A DNA stretch of 64,000 nt from Bacillota bacterium (GTDB lineage: Bacteria; Bacillota; DTU025): positions 704,001 to 768,000 of the forward strand of contig JBMNJT010000002.1 in the NCBI GenBank assembly GCA_050951805.1. Reading direction: 5' to 3'. A program made the translations under genes and the position numbers. Below the pieces are notes generated by a model. It was not told the origin of the DNA. It made no database searches and worked only from the letters and a program-made list of their open reading frames with translations. This document shows positions 50,777 to 60,831 of the stretch, piece by piece. Each line of letters opens with the position of its first letter. Within the stretch, counting starts at the first letter, position 1.

Positions 50777-52613
50777 TACCTTGGCTGTTCTTCCCACGAG
50801 TCCGGGCGTGTATCTGATGAAGGATGCCGACGGGGAGGTAATCTACGTCGGCAAAGCCATCAACCTCAGAAACAGGGTGAGATCATACTTTCAGACTTCT
50901 TCTGACCATTCGCCAAAGGTTGTCATGATGGTGGAGCACATAGCCGATTTGGATTACATTGTGACAGCGTCCGAACTGGAAGCACTGATCCTCGAGTGTA
51001 ACCTGATCAAGAAATACAGACCAAGATACAATGTTAGGCTCCGTGACGATAAGACGTATCCTTTCATCAAGGTGACGACGGGGGAGCCCTACCCTGGCGT
51101 ATACTTGACGAGGAGGGTTGTGTGTGACGGGTCTCGTTATTTCGGCCCTTACACGGATGTCTCTGCGACGCGCGAAACCCTCCGCCTTCTGAAAAGGGTC
51201 TTTCCGCTACGACAGTGCTCAAAGAAGATTGACCCGGATTCTCCCGCACCGCGTCCTTGCCTAAATTATCAGATCAAGAGGTGCCTTGGTCCATGTGCCG
51301 GGCAGATCGACGTTGAAGCATACGGTGAAGTTGTAGACGAGGTTGTGATGTTTCTTGAAGGACGGCAGGACGATCTTGCCCGCAGTCTCAAGCGGCGGAT
51401 GGTGGCCGCAGCCGATGCCCTCAATTACGAACAGGCGGCTGTTTTCCGTGATCAGCTTCAGGCGGTGGAGACAGTCGTGCAGAAGCAGAGAATAGTCTCG
51501 GAGAGCGGGGCTGACCAAGATGTGATAGCGATAGCACGGGATCAATGGGGGGCGTGCGCACAGATCTTGTTTGTGCGTGGCGGAAAACTCGTTGGCAACG
51601 ACCATTTCATGCTAGGTGGAACTGACGGCGCGGATGACGCTGAGACTTTGTCATCCCTCGTTAAGGAATACTATTCTCAGGCTGAGGCAGGGTCGCTTCC
51701 CCGTGAGGTTTTACTGGAGTCCGAGATAGAAGATGCAGACATAGTGGCCGCATGGTTGTCTGACCTTCGGGGGCGGGCTGTATCTGTGAAGACTCCCAAG
51801 CGGGGGGAGAAGCGGGGATTGGTCGAGCTTGCTTCTGCCAATGCGGCGGAGTTTCTAGAACGGAAGCGAGCTGCTGAGCAAAGGGAGGCCCGTGCTCGCA
51901 TGGACGCCCTTGCTGAACTATCGATCCATCTCAGACTTTCCAAGTCGCCGAGCCGCATTGAATGCTACGACATATCGACTCTTCAGGGAACTGAAGCAGT
52001 GGGGTCGATGGTTGTCTTCGAAGCGGGCTTGCCGGCCAAGTCTCAGTACAGGCGTTTCAGGATCAGGCAGGTTGAGGGGCAGGATGACTACGCCATGATG
52101 GCCGAGGTGATACGGAGAAGGCTTGTGAGAGCCATTGGCGATGACCCGGACCCAAAGTTTGCACGCCTTCCCGATCTGATAGTTGTAGACGGGGGGCGAG
52201 GGCAGCTCAACGCGGCCGCTGATGTCCTCGACAGCCTGGGACGGGGCGACATTCCACTTATCAGTCTGGCGGAGCGCGAAGAGGAGATCTACCTCAGAGA
52301 GCAGCCGGACCCCTTGATCTTGCCGCGGGATTCTGCGGCTCTCCATATGATCCAGTATATCCGCGATGAGGCCCACAGATATGCTCTTGCGTACCACCGG
52401 AACCTCAGGGGAAAAAGGAGCATAAGCTCTGAACTGACTGATCTGCCCGGCATAGGAAAGAAGCGAACGGTCGCTCTGATGAAAGAGTTCGGTTCGCTGG
52501 AAGCCCTCACGGATGCCACTGTGGACGAAATTGCTGCAACTCCTGGGATGAACAGGGTGGTTGCGATGACCGTATATGAGCATTTGCACCCCGACAGGAG
52601 AGTCGATGGTTGA
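50763..52613 (+). CDS. uvrC: Excinuclease ABC subunit C
   Basis: [51 protein letters not shown], HhH. Confidence 0.98.
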   Translation: MALDDTLAVLPTSPGVYLMKDADGEVIYVGKAINLRNRVRSYFQTSSDHSPKVVMMVEHIADLDYIVTASELEALILECNLIKKYRPRYNVRLRDDKTYPFIKVTTGEPYPGVYLTRRVVCDGSRYFGPYTDVSATRETLRLLKRVFPLRQCSKKIDPDSPAPRPCLNYQIKRCLGPCAGQIDVEAYGEVVDEVVMFLEGRQDDLARSLKRRMVAAADALNYEQAAVFRDQLQAVETVVQKQRIVSESGADQDVIAIARDQWGACAQILFVRGGKLVGNDHFMLGGTDGADDAETLSSLVKEYYSQAEAGSLPREVLLESEIEDADIVAAWLSDLRGRAVSVKTPKRGEKRGLVELASANAAEFLERKRAAEQREARARMDALAELSIHLRLSKSPSRIECYDISTLQGTEAVGSMVVFEAGLPAKSQYRRFRIRQVEGQDDYAMMAEVIRRRLVRAIGDDPDPKFARLPDLIVVDGGRGQLNAAADVLDSLGRGDIPLISLAEREEEIYLREQPDPLILPRDSAALHMIQYIRDEAHRYALAYHRNLRGKRSISSELTDLPGIGKKRTVALMKEFGSLEALTDATVDEIAATPGMNRVVAMTVYEHLHPDRRVDG

Positions 52614-52717
52614 ATTCTATGATGCCGCTTTTCTCGGGCTCTCCTGATTGTCGCCCCTAGCGCTGAGCCTTGGTTGAAACAGAACGAGATGATTGAAAAA
52701 GTGAAAGGGGCAGGTGA

Positions 52718-53482
52718 ATGGAGAAAGACGATGGAAGCATTACCACCTCTTCGTGCGCATCGCCGGATCGGTCCGCCATCAGTGTTTCATCTATTGGGAC
52801 ATCGGCTACAGAGGCCTCGGCCATTATAGCTTCAGCCAGTGTTGCTACGAGAATCGGCATAGTCTCGATTGAGGCCGGGGAGAGCGGCCTGAGCCGGGTG
52901 GTCCTTCCAAGAATAGACATGGAGACCCTGAAAAACCTCCCTACAAGCCCACGGATCCATCCTTTGTTCATCGATGCCAGTGTTACGCTTGCGCAAATAG
53001 GCATCGATTTTCCCATGTGTGATCATTCCTCGATTTGCCAGATGGCTGCGTCTAACAGCGTACCTGTATATGGGAGTGTATCGTGGGATGGAGTGCCGCC
53101 GTCTGAGATTGTCTCAGCTGCGTGCCGCGACATAAAGCTTTTCTTTGAGGGCGAGTTGGATCCGGGGAAGCTTTGGTTCGATTACCCACTAAAGCTCCCT
53201 GCGGGAAGCGACTTTGCCCGCGAAGTGATGGTTGGTATGACAAGGATAGCTCCTGGGCGAGTTGCGGCCTACGGAGCGCTCGCCGCCGCCGCAGGCCGCC
53301 CAAGGGCTGCCAGAGCCACGGGCGCAATTGTGGGGGCCAATCCTCTTCCCCTGGTTGTTCCTTGTCATAGAGTGGTTGGCGTAGGCGGCAGGCTCACGGG
53401 ATATGGCGGGGGACTCCCGCTCAAGGTGGCACTGTTGGCCATGGAACAGACGATAATCAACCGCACCGGCGTTCTCGGATGA
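52718..53482 (+). CDS. ogt: Methylated-DNA-protein-cysteine methyltransferase (extended N-terminus, start uncertain)
   Basis: PRAARA.G...NPLPLVVPCHRVV...L.GYGGG..K..LL..E. Confidence 0.88.
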   Translation: MEKDDGSITTSSCASPDRSAISVSSIGTSATEASAIIASASVATRIGIVSIEAGESGLSRVVLPRIDMETLKNLPTSPRIHPLFIDASVTLAQIGIDFPMCDHSSICQMAASNSVPVYGSVSWDGVPPSEIVSAACRDIKLFFEGELDPGKLWFDYPLKLPAGSDFAREVMVGMTRIAPGRVAAYGALAAAAGRPRAARATGAIVGANPLPLVVPCHRVVGVGGRLTGYGGGLPLKVALLAMEQTIINRTGVLG

Positions 53483-53559
53483 GCAAAGTCTACAATATTA
53501 GACCCTGTTTGTACGGCCGAGGAATATCTGCAAGAATAGCACAATTATTTAGCGCAGCA

Positions 53560-53588
53560 TTGACATCATTAATGATGAGCTTTATAAT
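53560..53588 (+). promoter_or_regulatory. Consensus sigma-A promoter with palindromic operator in the spacer
   Basis: TTGACA (53560-53565)-N17-TATAAT (53583-53588); perfect palindrome CATCATTAATGATG at 53564-53577. Confidence 0.85.
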
Positions 53589-53621
53589 GTGAAGCAGGGG
53601 AGGCAAAAAGGAGGTGTTGTC

Positions 53622-53999
53622 ATGGCAAGACGGGAGGCGTTGGGACGATGTCCTGTTTGCGATGGAATCTTGGACGTGACCAGGCTGACGTGCACGGACT
53701 GCGAGACTGTGATAGAGGGCCGTTTCGACACCTGCAAATTCTGCCAGCTCAGTTCGGAGCAGAAGAACTTTGTCGAAGTGTTCATAAAGAACAGGGGCAA
53801 TATTAAGGAAGTAGAGAAGGACCTTGGAATCTCGTATCCTACAGTCCGGAACCGGCTTGATGCGGTGATCGCGGCATTGGGGTATGCGGTTGATGATTCC
53901 GAGGACGATGTTGCGACCAGGAGAAAAGAGATTATTGAGTCTTTGGCCAAGGGCGAGATAACTGCTGATGATGCAGTGCGTCAACTAAAAGGGAAGTAG
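53622..53999 (+). CDS. DUF2089-family protein (Zn ribbon + HTH + SHOCT-like tail)
   Basis: CPVC...L.C..C.T.IEG.F, F...RGNIKEVEKDLGISYPTVRNRLD, IIESLAKGEITADDA. Confidence 0.9.
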   Translation: MARREALGRCPVCDGILDVTRLTCTDCETVIEGRFDTCKFCQLSSEQKNFVEVFIKNRGNIKEVEKDLGISYPTVRNRLDAVIAALGYAVDDSEDDVATRRKEIIESLAKGEITADDAVRQLKGK

Positions 54000-54030
54000 G
54001 AGTCTAATTGAAAAGGGGGAGGTCTGGTCC

Positions 54031-55095
54031 ATGGGCGAAGAGAGGAAGATCGTCCTGAATCTTCTGTCAGAAGGCAAAATCACTGTGGAGGAAGCGGAGC
54101 AGCTGTTGGCTGCTTTGGAAGGCGAGGTTGAATCGGTAGACGAGGCCGATTCGGTCCGCGTGGAAACGATTTCCGAGGGCGATCTGCATGGCCGGTTATC
54201 CAAGGTCTTCGCTGAAATGGTAGAGGCTGGGCAGGAACTCCCTGGGCGTTTGTCCAGAGCGGTGGAGTCGGCGTTCGGAGGCTTCGGATGGAGTTTTCGC
54301 GGCGTGCGCGGGGAGAAGTCTTTCGAAGAGGAGATCTGCGGGCCAGAGATAAATGCCATCGATTTCGCGGCCAATAACGGGAGTATAAAGTTGGCCGTCT
54401 GGGAAAAACCAGGATTCCGTGTGGTAGTCAGAGCTACAGTTGTTGACGCGGATTCCAGAGACGAAGCAGATCGCAGACTTGAGTCTGTTGCAAGATTGGT
54501 TGTCAATGACGGGAAAGTGAGCATAGACTGTGAGGACAAGTCGATTCTGGACTCGATGTCGATAGAGGCATACTTCCCGAAGGACCGCAAATACGATGTG
54601 TTTGCGCATACTCGAAATGGATCAATAACGCTAGATAGGCTCAATGGGGGCCATGTGGAAGTCTGTTCATCCAATGGTCGTATAGCGCTCGATTCGATCA
54701 AGGTCTCCACTCTCGCAGCTGAAACCGCCAACGGAGCGGTTACTGCATCCGGTCATTTGGGCGATGGAAGCATCGAGACCTCCAATGGAAGCGTAACTGC
54801 TGCTCTGGCCTATGAATCAGGTGGCCATTTGAACGTCAGGACGAGCAACGGCAGTATACGGATTAAGGTTTTGAACAGCTCTGATGTATCGTACGAGGTG
54901 AATGCGGAAACCAAAAATGGGGCGACGCGAGTGCTTGATGAGGGCGCGGCGATTCGTTCCGAGAGAAGGTCGACGGGCGGGCAAGTCAAGAAGATCACGG
55001 TTTCTGCCGGGGATTCTGCATTGGATGACAGTGCCAAGGTCACAGTCGATGCTCGTGCCATGAACGGCTCCATAACTGTCGAGTCTTGCAGGTGA
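54031..55095 (+). CDS. YvlB/LiaX-like protein (SHOCT-like N-terminus + DUF4097 beta-strand repeats)
   Basis: EERKIVLNLLSEGKITVEEAEQLL; repeated T.NG.I/V motifs. Confidence 0.82.
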   Translation: MGEERKIVLNLLSEGKITVEEAEQLLAALEGEVESVDEADSVRVETISEGDLHGRLSKVFAEMVEAGQELPGRLSRAVESAFGGFGWSFRGVRGEKSFEEEICGPEINAIDFAANNGSIKLAVWEKPGFRVVVRATVVDADSRDEADRRLESVARLVVNDGKVSIDCEDKSILDSMSIEAYFPKDRKYDVFAHTRNGSITLDRLNGGHVEVCSSNGRIALDSIKVSTLAAETANGAVTASGHLGDGSIETSNGSVTAALAYESGGHLNVRTSNGSIRIKVLNSSDVSYEVNAETKNGATRVLDEGAAIRSERRSTGGQVKKITVSAGDSALDDSAKVTVDARAMNGSITVESCR

Positions 55096-55141
55096 TGGCG
55101 GTGGCCGCGTTGCAGGCGCTATGAGAGTGATATGAGGGGAG

Positions 55142-55523
55142 GTGCGCTCTGTGGATCAAGAAAGAAAGCAAGTACTCGAGATGGTGAGAGATGGGAAACT
55201 CACGGTTGACGAGGCGCAGCAGATTTTGGACGCCATGACATATGAAGAAGAACGAGCGAGGCCTGCTGCGAGTTCAAGACGGAACCCGAGGTTCTTGAGG
55301 ATTCGCGTAAAGGACGAAGATGGCTCAAAGGTGAACTTGAATATCCCCATATCCCTTGCCAAGGTGATGTGGAGGTTTCATCCCAAGGGAGGCCATGAAT
55401 GAGCTCTCAAATCAGAACATCGACCTTGAGACCATTCTCGATGCGGTGCATGAGGGCGCCGAGGGGCAGCTGATTCATGTGAAAGACGAAGATGGGGATG
55501 AGGTTGAGATAAGCGTTGTCTGA
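55142..55523 (+). pseudogene. SHOCT-like (YvlB N-terminal-type) protein interrupted by a +1 frameshift near 55376
   Basis: Frame 1 (ERKQVLEMVRDGKLTVDEA..RFLRIRV..KVNLNIP) stops at 55402. The +1 frame continues FIPREAMNEL..IDLETILDAVHEGAEGQLIHVKDEDGDEVEISVV to TGA 55521-55523. Confidence 0.7.
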
Positions 55524-55666
55524 GCTCGGGGACTGCTGGGTAAAGTGTATCTTTCACGGATAGCGTTTGCTTGCCCGAAGTGTCCGGAACGGGACATGTG
55601 CGGTGAAGGAATTGCATACCTGCTGAAGAATACAGCAAGACGCCGGGCAATGGAGGTGTCCATGTA

Positions 55667-55858
55667 ATGCAGAGGAGACTATACAGGTCTGTTCGCGACA
55701 GAATGTTGGGCGGTGTATGTGGCGGGCTAGCCAACTACCTGAATGTTGATCCTACTCTTATACGTCTGCTATGGGTGGCTTTTACGTTATTTAGTCAGGC
55801 ACCGGGTCTCCTTCTTTACGTGATTGCCTGGATTATTGTGCCTGAAGAGCCTATATAG
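55667..55858 (+). CDS. pspC: PspC-domain protein
   Basis: RLYRS..DRMLGGVCGGLA.YL.VDPTLIR...YVIAWIIVPEE. Confidence 0.92.
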   Translation: MQRRLYRSVRDRMLGGVCGGLANYLNVDPTLIRLLWVAFTLFSQAPGLLLYVIAWIIVPEEPI

Positions 55859-55921
55859 CTTGAGACGGAGCTTTGCAGGCGTCAGGTTGCGGCCTATCAT
55901 GGGGGCAATGGAGGGTTGACA

Positions 55922-56317
55922 ATGGCTTACCACAGCAATGGACAAGTCGGAATGCCAGAGTGGGTTATAAAATGGCTCATTAATGCCCTTGCACTGCTAA
56001 TAGTCTCATACGTTCCGTATCGCGGCGGCACGCTCTTGGAGATAGATGGAGCAGGGGCTGCCCTGATAGCTGCCATGGTTCTTGGCATCGTGAACACCTT
56101 CATAAGGCCGATTTTTATGATGTTCAGTCTGCCCCTGCGGATTCTGAGTCTGGGTCTTTTCACTTTGGTGATCAATGCCCTGATGCTGTGTATGGGTTCT
56201 TGGCTTATGGGCAATGCGTTCAATATTCCCGGGTTTTGGGCGGCAATAATCGCTTCGTTGTTGCTCAGTCTCGTGAGCTCCGCCTTGAACCATCTGATAC
56301 GGGGGGATAGTCGTTAG
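55922..56317 (+). CDS. YvlD-like 4-TM 'phage holin superfamily IV' membrane protein
   Basis: WLINALAL, LGIVN.FIRPI...SLP...LSLGLFTLVINA, GFWAA. Confidence 0.85.
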   Translation: MAYHSNGQVGMPEWVIKWLINALALLIVSYVPYRGGTLLEIDGAGAALIAAMVLGIVNTFIRPIFMMFSLPLRILSLGLFTLVINALMLCMGSWLMGNAFNIPGFWAAIIASLLLSLVSSALNHLIRGDSR

Positions 56318-56320
56318 TTG

Positions 56321-57112
56321 ATGCGTTTGGTCGCAATGGATCTTGATGGCACATTGCTTCGATCCGATAAGAGCATATCTGATGCTGCCATAGAGGCTAT
56401 TAGGGAGGCTCATTCGCGAGGGGTTGCATTTGCCGTGGCCACCGGGCGGATGTTCCAAACATCGCAGCCAGTGGTGGATGGCCTCCTCGATGAACTGCCT
56501 ATAATCGCTTACAATGGTGCTCTTATAAAATACAGCAATTGCGGCCTCACTCTCCTGCGCCTGCCTATCGCCGCCCGCGGTGGCGAGCGTGTGGTAAGGT
56601 TTATGTGGGAGTGGGGCATAGTCTTTCAAGCTTACATCGATGACCAGTTATGGGTTGCGCGGGTTGCTCCTGAGACAGTGGCCTACAGTAAGAAATATGG
56701 CGCTCCCATCAATGTTATGGAAGACATCGAGGAATTCGTGAACCGCGAGGCCTTCAAATACTTGGTGCTCGATGATGAAGAGCGTATTGCTGATGTGAGG
56801 AAAGCTATAGACGGGGTGCTCGACCCTGGCCTGCGTACTATGTTGTCGAGCCCTGGCATGATCGAGATTGTCAGATCGGATGTATCTAAGGGGCGCGCTC
56901 TATCTCATCTTGCTTCTTCCATGGGCATAAGCATGGATAATGTCATGGCCATTGGCGATTCAGAAAACGATATTGACATGTTGCGTGCCGCCGGCATCGG
57001 TGTGGCGATGGGAAATGCCGGGGACGATGTGAAGGCCGAAGCCGACTATATAGTTGCCTCGAATGATGATGATGGCGTAGTGGAGGCGCTGGAGAGATTC
57101 GCGCTTTTGTGA
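56321..57112 (+). CDS. Cof-type HAD-IIB hydrolase
   Basis: DLDGTLL, ATGR, NGA, SKG, AIGDSENDIDML, AMGNA. Confidence 0.95.
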   Translation: MRLVAMDLDGTLLRSDKSISDAAIEAIREAHSRGVAFAVATGRMFQTSQPVVDGLLDELPIIAYNGALIKYSNCGLTLLRLPIAARGGERVVRFMWEWGIVFQAYIDDQLWVARVAPETVAYSKKYGAPINVMEDIEEFVNREAFKYLVLDDEERIADVRKAIDGVLDPGLRTMLSSPGMIEIVRSDVSKGRALSHLASSMGISMDNVMAIGDSENDIDMLRAAGIGVAMGNAGDDVKAEADYIVASNDDDGVVEALERFALL

Positions 57113-57224
57113 ACAGATAAGCTCGACTTCCATGAGGTTCTGCATTATGTAGGAAGGTGTATTCGCGCGAAGAACGAAATGTTGTAATGTATAGTCTCGA
57201 TACCCGTTTCGGGAGTGTTTGCTC

Positions 57225-58055
57225 ATGAACCTGCTTGGTTTCGATTTTTCCAACATAACCTTGATGCAGGCATTGACCACAATCGCGGATATAGCGATCG
57301 TGGCGTTTCTCATGTACAAGGTCATCAGCTTCCTCAAAGGCACTCAGGCGGTATCTTTGATCAAAGGCCTTGTCGTGCTGTTTGCTGCAAATGCCATTTC
57401 GGAGTATCTCAAGCTTGAGGCATTGCATTGGCTGTTGCGCCAGGCTACTACAATGGCTATTGTAGGCATACCAATTGTCTTTCAACCTGAGTTTCGAAGA
57501 GTACTTGAGCAACTAGGTCGGGGGAGGCTGTTTGGGAACCCTATGAAATCCCTCGATCCAGAGGAAAAGAAAAAGGTGCTGAGCGAAGTGGCTAGGGCCG
57601 TGGAGGCCATGTCGAAGGAGTATATCGGAGCCCTCATTGTCTTGGAGGGAGAGACCGGACTTGAGGATATTGCAGCATCAGGAGTGAAGCTTGATAGCAC
57701 TGTATCTGCTGAGCTGCTGATCAACGTCTTTACTCCTAACACTCCGCTTCATGATGGGGCTGTAATACTGCGTGGAAACCGAATACTGGCGGCTGCATGC
57801 ATCTTGCCGCTTTCAGACCGCCATGTGACTGGGCGCAAGTTGGGCACTAGGCACAGGGCTGCGCTTGGTCTTAGTGAGCGGACTGATGCGGTAGCAGTTG
57901 TAGTGTCAGAGGAGACAGGCGCAATATCGCTGGCCAACGATGGGGAGATAGTTCGGGGTTTGAGACCTGAAGAGCTTCGCGACAGGTTGGAAAGTTTGTT
58001 CGATCACAACACCAAGGATACTGTGATACGTAATCTAAGGAGCAATGGCAGATGA
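57225..58055 (+). CDS. cdaA: Diadenylate cyclase CdaA
   Basis: 3 TMs, FQPEFRR.LEQLG, PLHDGA, GTRHRAA, VSEETG. Confidence 0.96.
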   Translation: MNLLGFDFSNITLMQALTTIADIAIVAFLMYKVISFLKGTQAVSLIKGLVVLFAANAISEYLKLEALHWLLRQATTMAIVGIPIVFQPEFRRVLEQLGRGRLFGNPMKSLDPEEKKKVLSEVARAVEAMSKEYIGALIVLEGETGLEDIAASGVKLDSTVSAELLINVFTPNTPLHDGAVILRGNRILAAACILPLSDRHVTGRKLGTRHRAALGLSERTDAVAVVVSEETGAISLANDGEIVRGLRPEELRDRLESLFDHNTKDTVIRNLRSNGR

Positions 58056-58960
58056 AACCTGTTTCACCGGAGGCTAAGGATACGTCTATCAAAGTGTTGG
58101 CTGTGGTGTTGGCCATCGCAATATGGGCTGTTGCAATCAGCGACAAGCAGAGGACTTCGCCTTCACCAAAGATTGAACTGGTGGTGAAAGCGCCTGTTTC
58201 GTTGCGAAATCTCCCGGACGACCTGATAGTAACGGATTTGCCTGAGACTGTTGTTATAAGGCTGAGGGGGCCGAAAGATCTGGAGTCGACCGCTTTGGAA
58301 TCTACCGTTGCCGTTGTTGACCTTGAAGGGGCTAAGCCGGGCCAGAACCTATTTCCAATAGAGGTGGTGGCGCCTAACGGGTTCGAGCTTGTGAGGGCGT
58401 CGCGAGCGGTGGCTGACTTGACTTTGGAGAAGCGTGCCGTCGTCTCGCTTCCGGTGGACATTGCAATAGTTGCGGCGCCTCATTTCAATGTCGAGCTTGA
58501 GCACGATCTCACTGGCGCGTTGCACCTCTTTTTTGCGCAGAAGGTGCCCGATGACTTCCGTTCTGAAGCAGAATCTCTTGCCGAAGGCGGGGCGTCATTG
58601 GGACAGGGACTGTCTGAGGGAGGAACGGAGCCCGAAAAGGCGGCCGATGAGGAGATGGGCGCATCCGCTGGAAGTGCCTCCGGTCTGCATGGGGGGCGGC
58701 CTGAGGGGTCAGAGTCGGAACTGGTCGATGGGCTAAGATCGTCCGTTTCGGTATCCGTGTCTCCTGCGGAAGTAAGTATTGAAGGCCCAGAGACAGCGGT
58801 GTCCAGGGTTGCGCGTGCTGTTGCCATGGTGGCTGTCGGACATGAGTCAACAGTTGTTGTCCCGGTGCTGGCTCTCGATATCCATGGCCAGACGGTGTCT
58901 GATGTGATCGTCTATCCGGAGACGGTGACAGTCGATTTTTACTCTAAGGCAAGATGGTAA
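58052..58960 (+). CDS. cdaR: CdaR/YbbR-family regulator
   Basis: K.LAV.LAI..W TM; YbbR motifs V.IRLRGP and P..V.IEGP; between cdaA and glmM. Confidence 0.82.
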   Translation: MKPVSPEAKDTSIKVLAVVLAIAIWAVAISDKQRTSPSPKIELVVKAPVSLRNLPDDLIVTDLPETVVIRLRGPKDLESTALESTVAVVDLEGAKPGQNLFPIEVVAPNGFELVRASRAVADLTLEKRAVVSLPVDIAIVAAPHFNVELEHDLTGALHLFFAQKVPDDFRSEAESLAEGGASLGQGLSEGGTEPEKAADEEMGASAGSASGLHGGRPEGSESELVDGLRSSVSVSVSPAEVSIEGPETAVSRVARAVAMVAVGHESTVVVPVLALDIHGQTVSDVIVYPETVTVDFYSKARW

Positions 58961-59009
58961 AGCTTGTAGCCGGCGAATGCGGCCTGGCGCAAGAGACGGG
59001 GGGCTCAAA

Positions 59010-60389
59010 TTGGGCAAGCTTTTTGGAACAGATGGGGTCAGGGAGGTTGCGAATACGGGACTCACGCCTGAGCTGGCATTCAGATTGGGGAGAGCAGGCG
59101 CCTCGTCAGTCCTGTCCCGAAGTGGGGCGAGACCGACGATAATCGTCGGCGGCGATACGCGGAGATCCACTGGAATGCTTGAGTCCGCGTTGTCCGCTGG
59201 CATAAACTCGGCTGGCGTTGATGTACTAAATGTGGGTGTTATTCCGACGCCTGCAGTAGCTTATTTAGTTGTCAAGTTCGGAGCGGATGCGGGAATTGTG
59301 GTGTCGGCGTCGCACAATCCTGCCGAGTACAACGGTATCAAGTTCTTCGGCCCGGATGGCTTCAAGTTTCCCGACGAAGTCGAGGACATCATAGAGAAGA
59401 GGGCATTGGCGGGCGGGAGCGGGGAGATGGGTTCTGTGTTGTGGTCGGAGGACGATGGACTGCCCCGACCATCGGGTTCGGGTTTGGGAATGCGCAAAGA
59501 GGCGCCTGATGCTTGGGAACGATATGTGGAGCACGCGGTTGAGTCGGCCAGCTGCAGGCTGGATGGATTGCGCGTCGTTTTAGATTGCGCTAATGGTGCT
59601 TCATGCCTGACGACGCCAGCCGCTTTTCGTGAACTTGGCGCCGAGATTATCGTCATAAACGCATCTCCCGACGGTGACAATATCAACTGCGCTTGCGGAT
59701 CTACGCATCCTGACGAGTTGGCGGCGGTCGTAGTGGAGCGCGGTGCTGATATGGGATTTGCTCATGATGGAGACGCGGACAGGGTGATCGCTGTCGATGC
59801 TGATGGACGCATTGTAGATGGCGATCAGATAATGGCGCTATCCGCCATCCACAGGCATTCTCGAGGGGGCCTTCCGGGGCGGGCTATCGTCGCTACCCAA
59901 TACAGCAACCTGGGGCTTACTCATGCCATGGAATCTATCGGGTGTTCTGTTCTCACAGCTGATGCAGGAGATAGATACGTGCTCCAGATGATGCTCGAGA
60001 AGAACCTCGTTATTGGGGGAGAGCAATCGGGGCATGTCATATTCCTGGAAAAGGCGACGACTGGGGATGGGCTTATTACAGCGATAGAGGTCGCAGGAAT
60101 AGCTGTGGAAACAGGAAAACCCCTTTCGGAGTTGGCCGCTGTGATGACCAAGTATCCGCAGATAATGGTGAACGTCCGCGTAAGCCGGAAGGACGACTAT
60201 TACCACTCAGACACGATAGCGGAAGCGGTAAAGGCAGCCGCGGCCGAGCTGGGTTCGAGTGGTCGACTCTTGGTGCGACCTTCGGGAACTGAACCCGTTG
60301 TTCGGGTGATGGGTGAAGGAAAGGACGAGGCTAAAGTCGACCGGATAGTGCAGTCTCTTGCCGAGATTATCCAATCGGAGCTCTGCTAG
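59010..60389 (+). CDS. glmM: Phosphoglucosamine mutase
   Basis: KLFGTDGVR, SASHNP, DGDADR, GGEQSGH, RPSGTEP. Confidence 0.97.
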   Translation: MGKLFGTDGVREVANTGLTPELAFRLGRAGASSVLSRSGARPTIIVGGDTRRSTGMLESALSAGINSAGVDVLNVGVIPTPAVAYLVVKFGADAGIVVSASHNPAEYNGIKFFGPDGFKFPDEVEDIIEKRALAGGSGEMGSVLWSEDDGLPRPSGSGLGMRKEAPDAWERYVEHAVESASCRLDGLRVVLDCANGASCLTTPAAFRELGAEIIVINASPDGDNINCACGSTHPDELAAVVVERGADMGFAHDGDADRVIAVDADGRIVDGDQIMALSAIHRHSRGGLPGRAIVATQYSNLGLTHAMESIGCSVLTADAGDRYVLQMMLEKNLVIGGEQSGHVIFLEKATTGDGLITAIEVAGIAVETGKPLSELAAVMTKYPQIMVNVRVSRKDDYYHSDTIAEAVKAAAAELGSSGRLLVRPSGTEPVVRVMGEGKDEAKVDRIVQSLAEIIQSELC

Positions 60390-60420
60390 ACGGGCTACGG
60401 CGGGTTGAGGAGTCTCAAGG

Positions 60421-60831
60421 ATGTGTTGCCAACGCGTGCTCGGTATAGGAGTGGACATTATCGAAATCCGAAGATTTCATCGCATTGCTGCTGTTGCGCC
60501 TCAAGGGGTCGCCCAAAGGCTTTACACGGCAGAGGAGCTCTCAGACGGGCGCATTGGTCGTCCCGAATACCTCGCCTCTAGGTTCGCGGCGAAAGAGGCG
60601 GTGATGAAATCCCTAGGGTGTGGAATGGATTCGATAGCATTCACCGATATAGAGGTTTTTCAGGATGAATATGGACAACCTCATGTGAGGTTGACTGGGA
60701 GCGCCCGTGCGCGTGCGGATTCTATCGGGGCGCGCACGGTCATGATATCCCTTTCGCATTCAGACGAAATGGTGTGTGCTTTTGCGGTTTCAGTGGGGGG
60801 TGGTTGCAACGAGGGTTGCGACTCCAGATGA
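60421..60831 (+). CDS. acpS: Holo-ACP synthase
   Basis: GIGVDIIEI.R, RFAAKEAV.K.LG, ISLSH. Confidence 0.93.
   Translation: MCCQRVLGIGVDIIEIRRFHRIAAVAPQGVAQRLYTAEELSDGRIGRPEYLASRFAAKEAVMKSLGCGMDSIAFTDIEVFQDEYGQPHVRLTGSARARADSIGARTVMISLSHSDEMVCAFAVSVGGGCNEGCDSR

Noticed and set aside
55922-56317. Prophage suggested by the 'phage holin' family protein
   Set aside because: YvlD-like proteins are chromosomal partners of PspC; no phage genes nearby.
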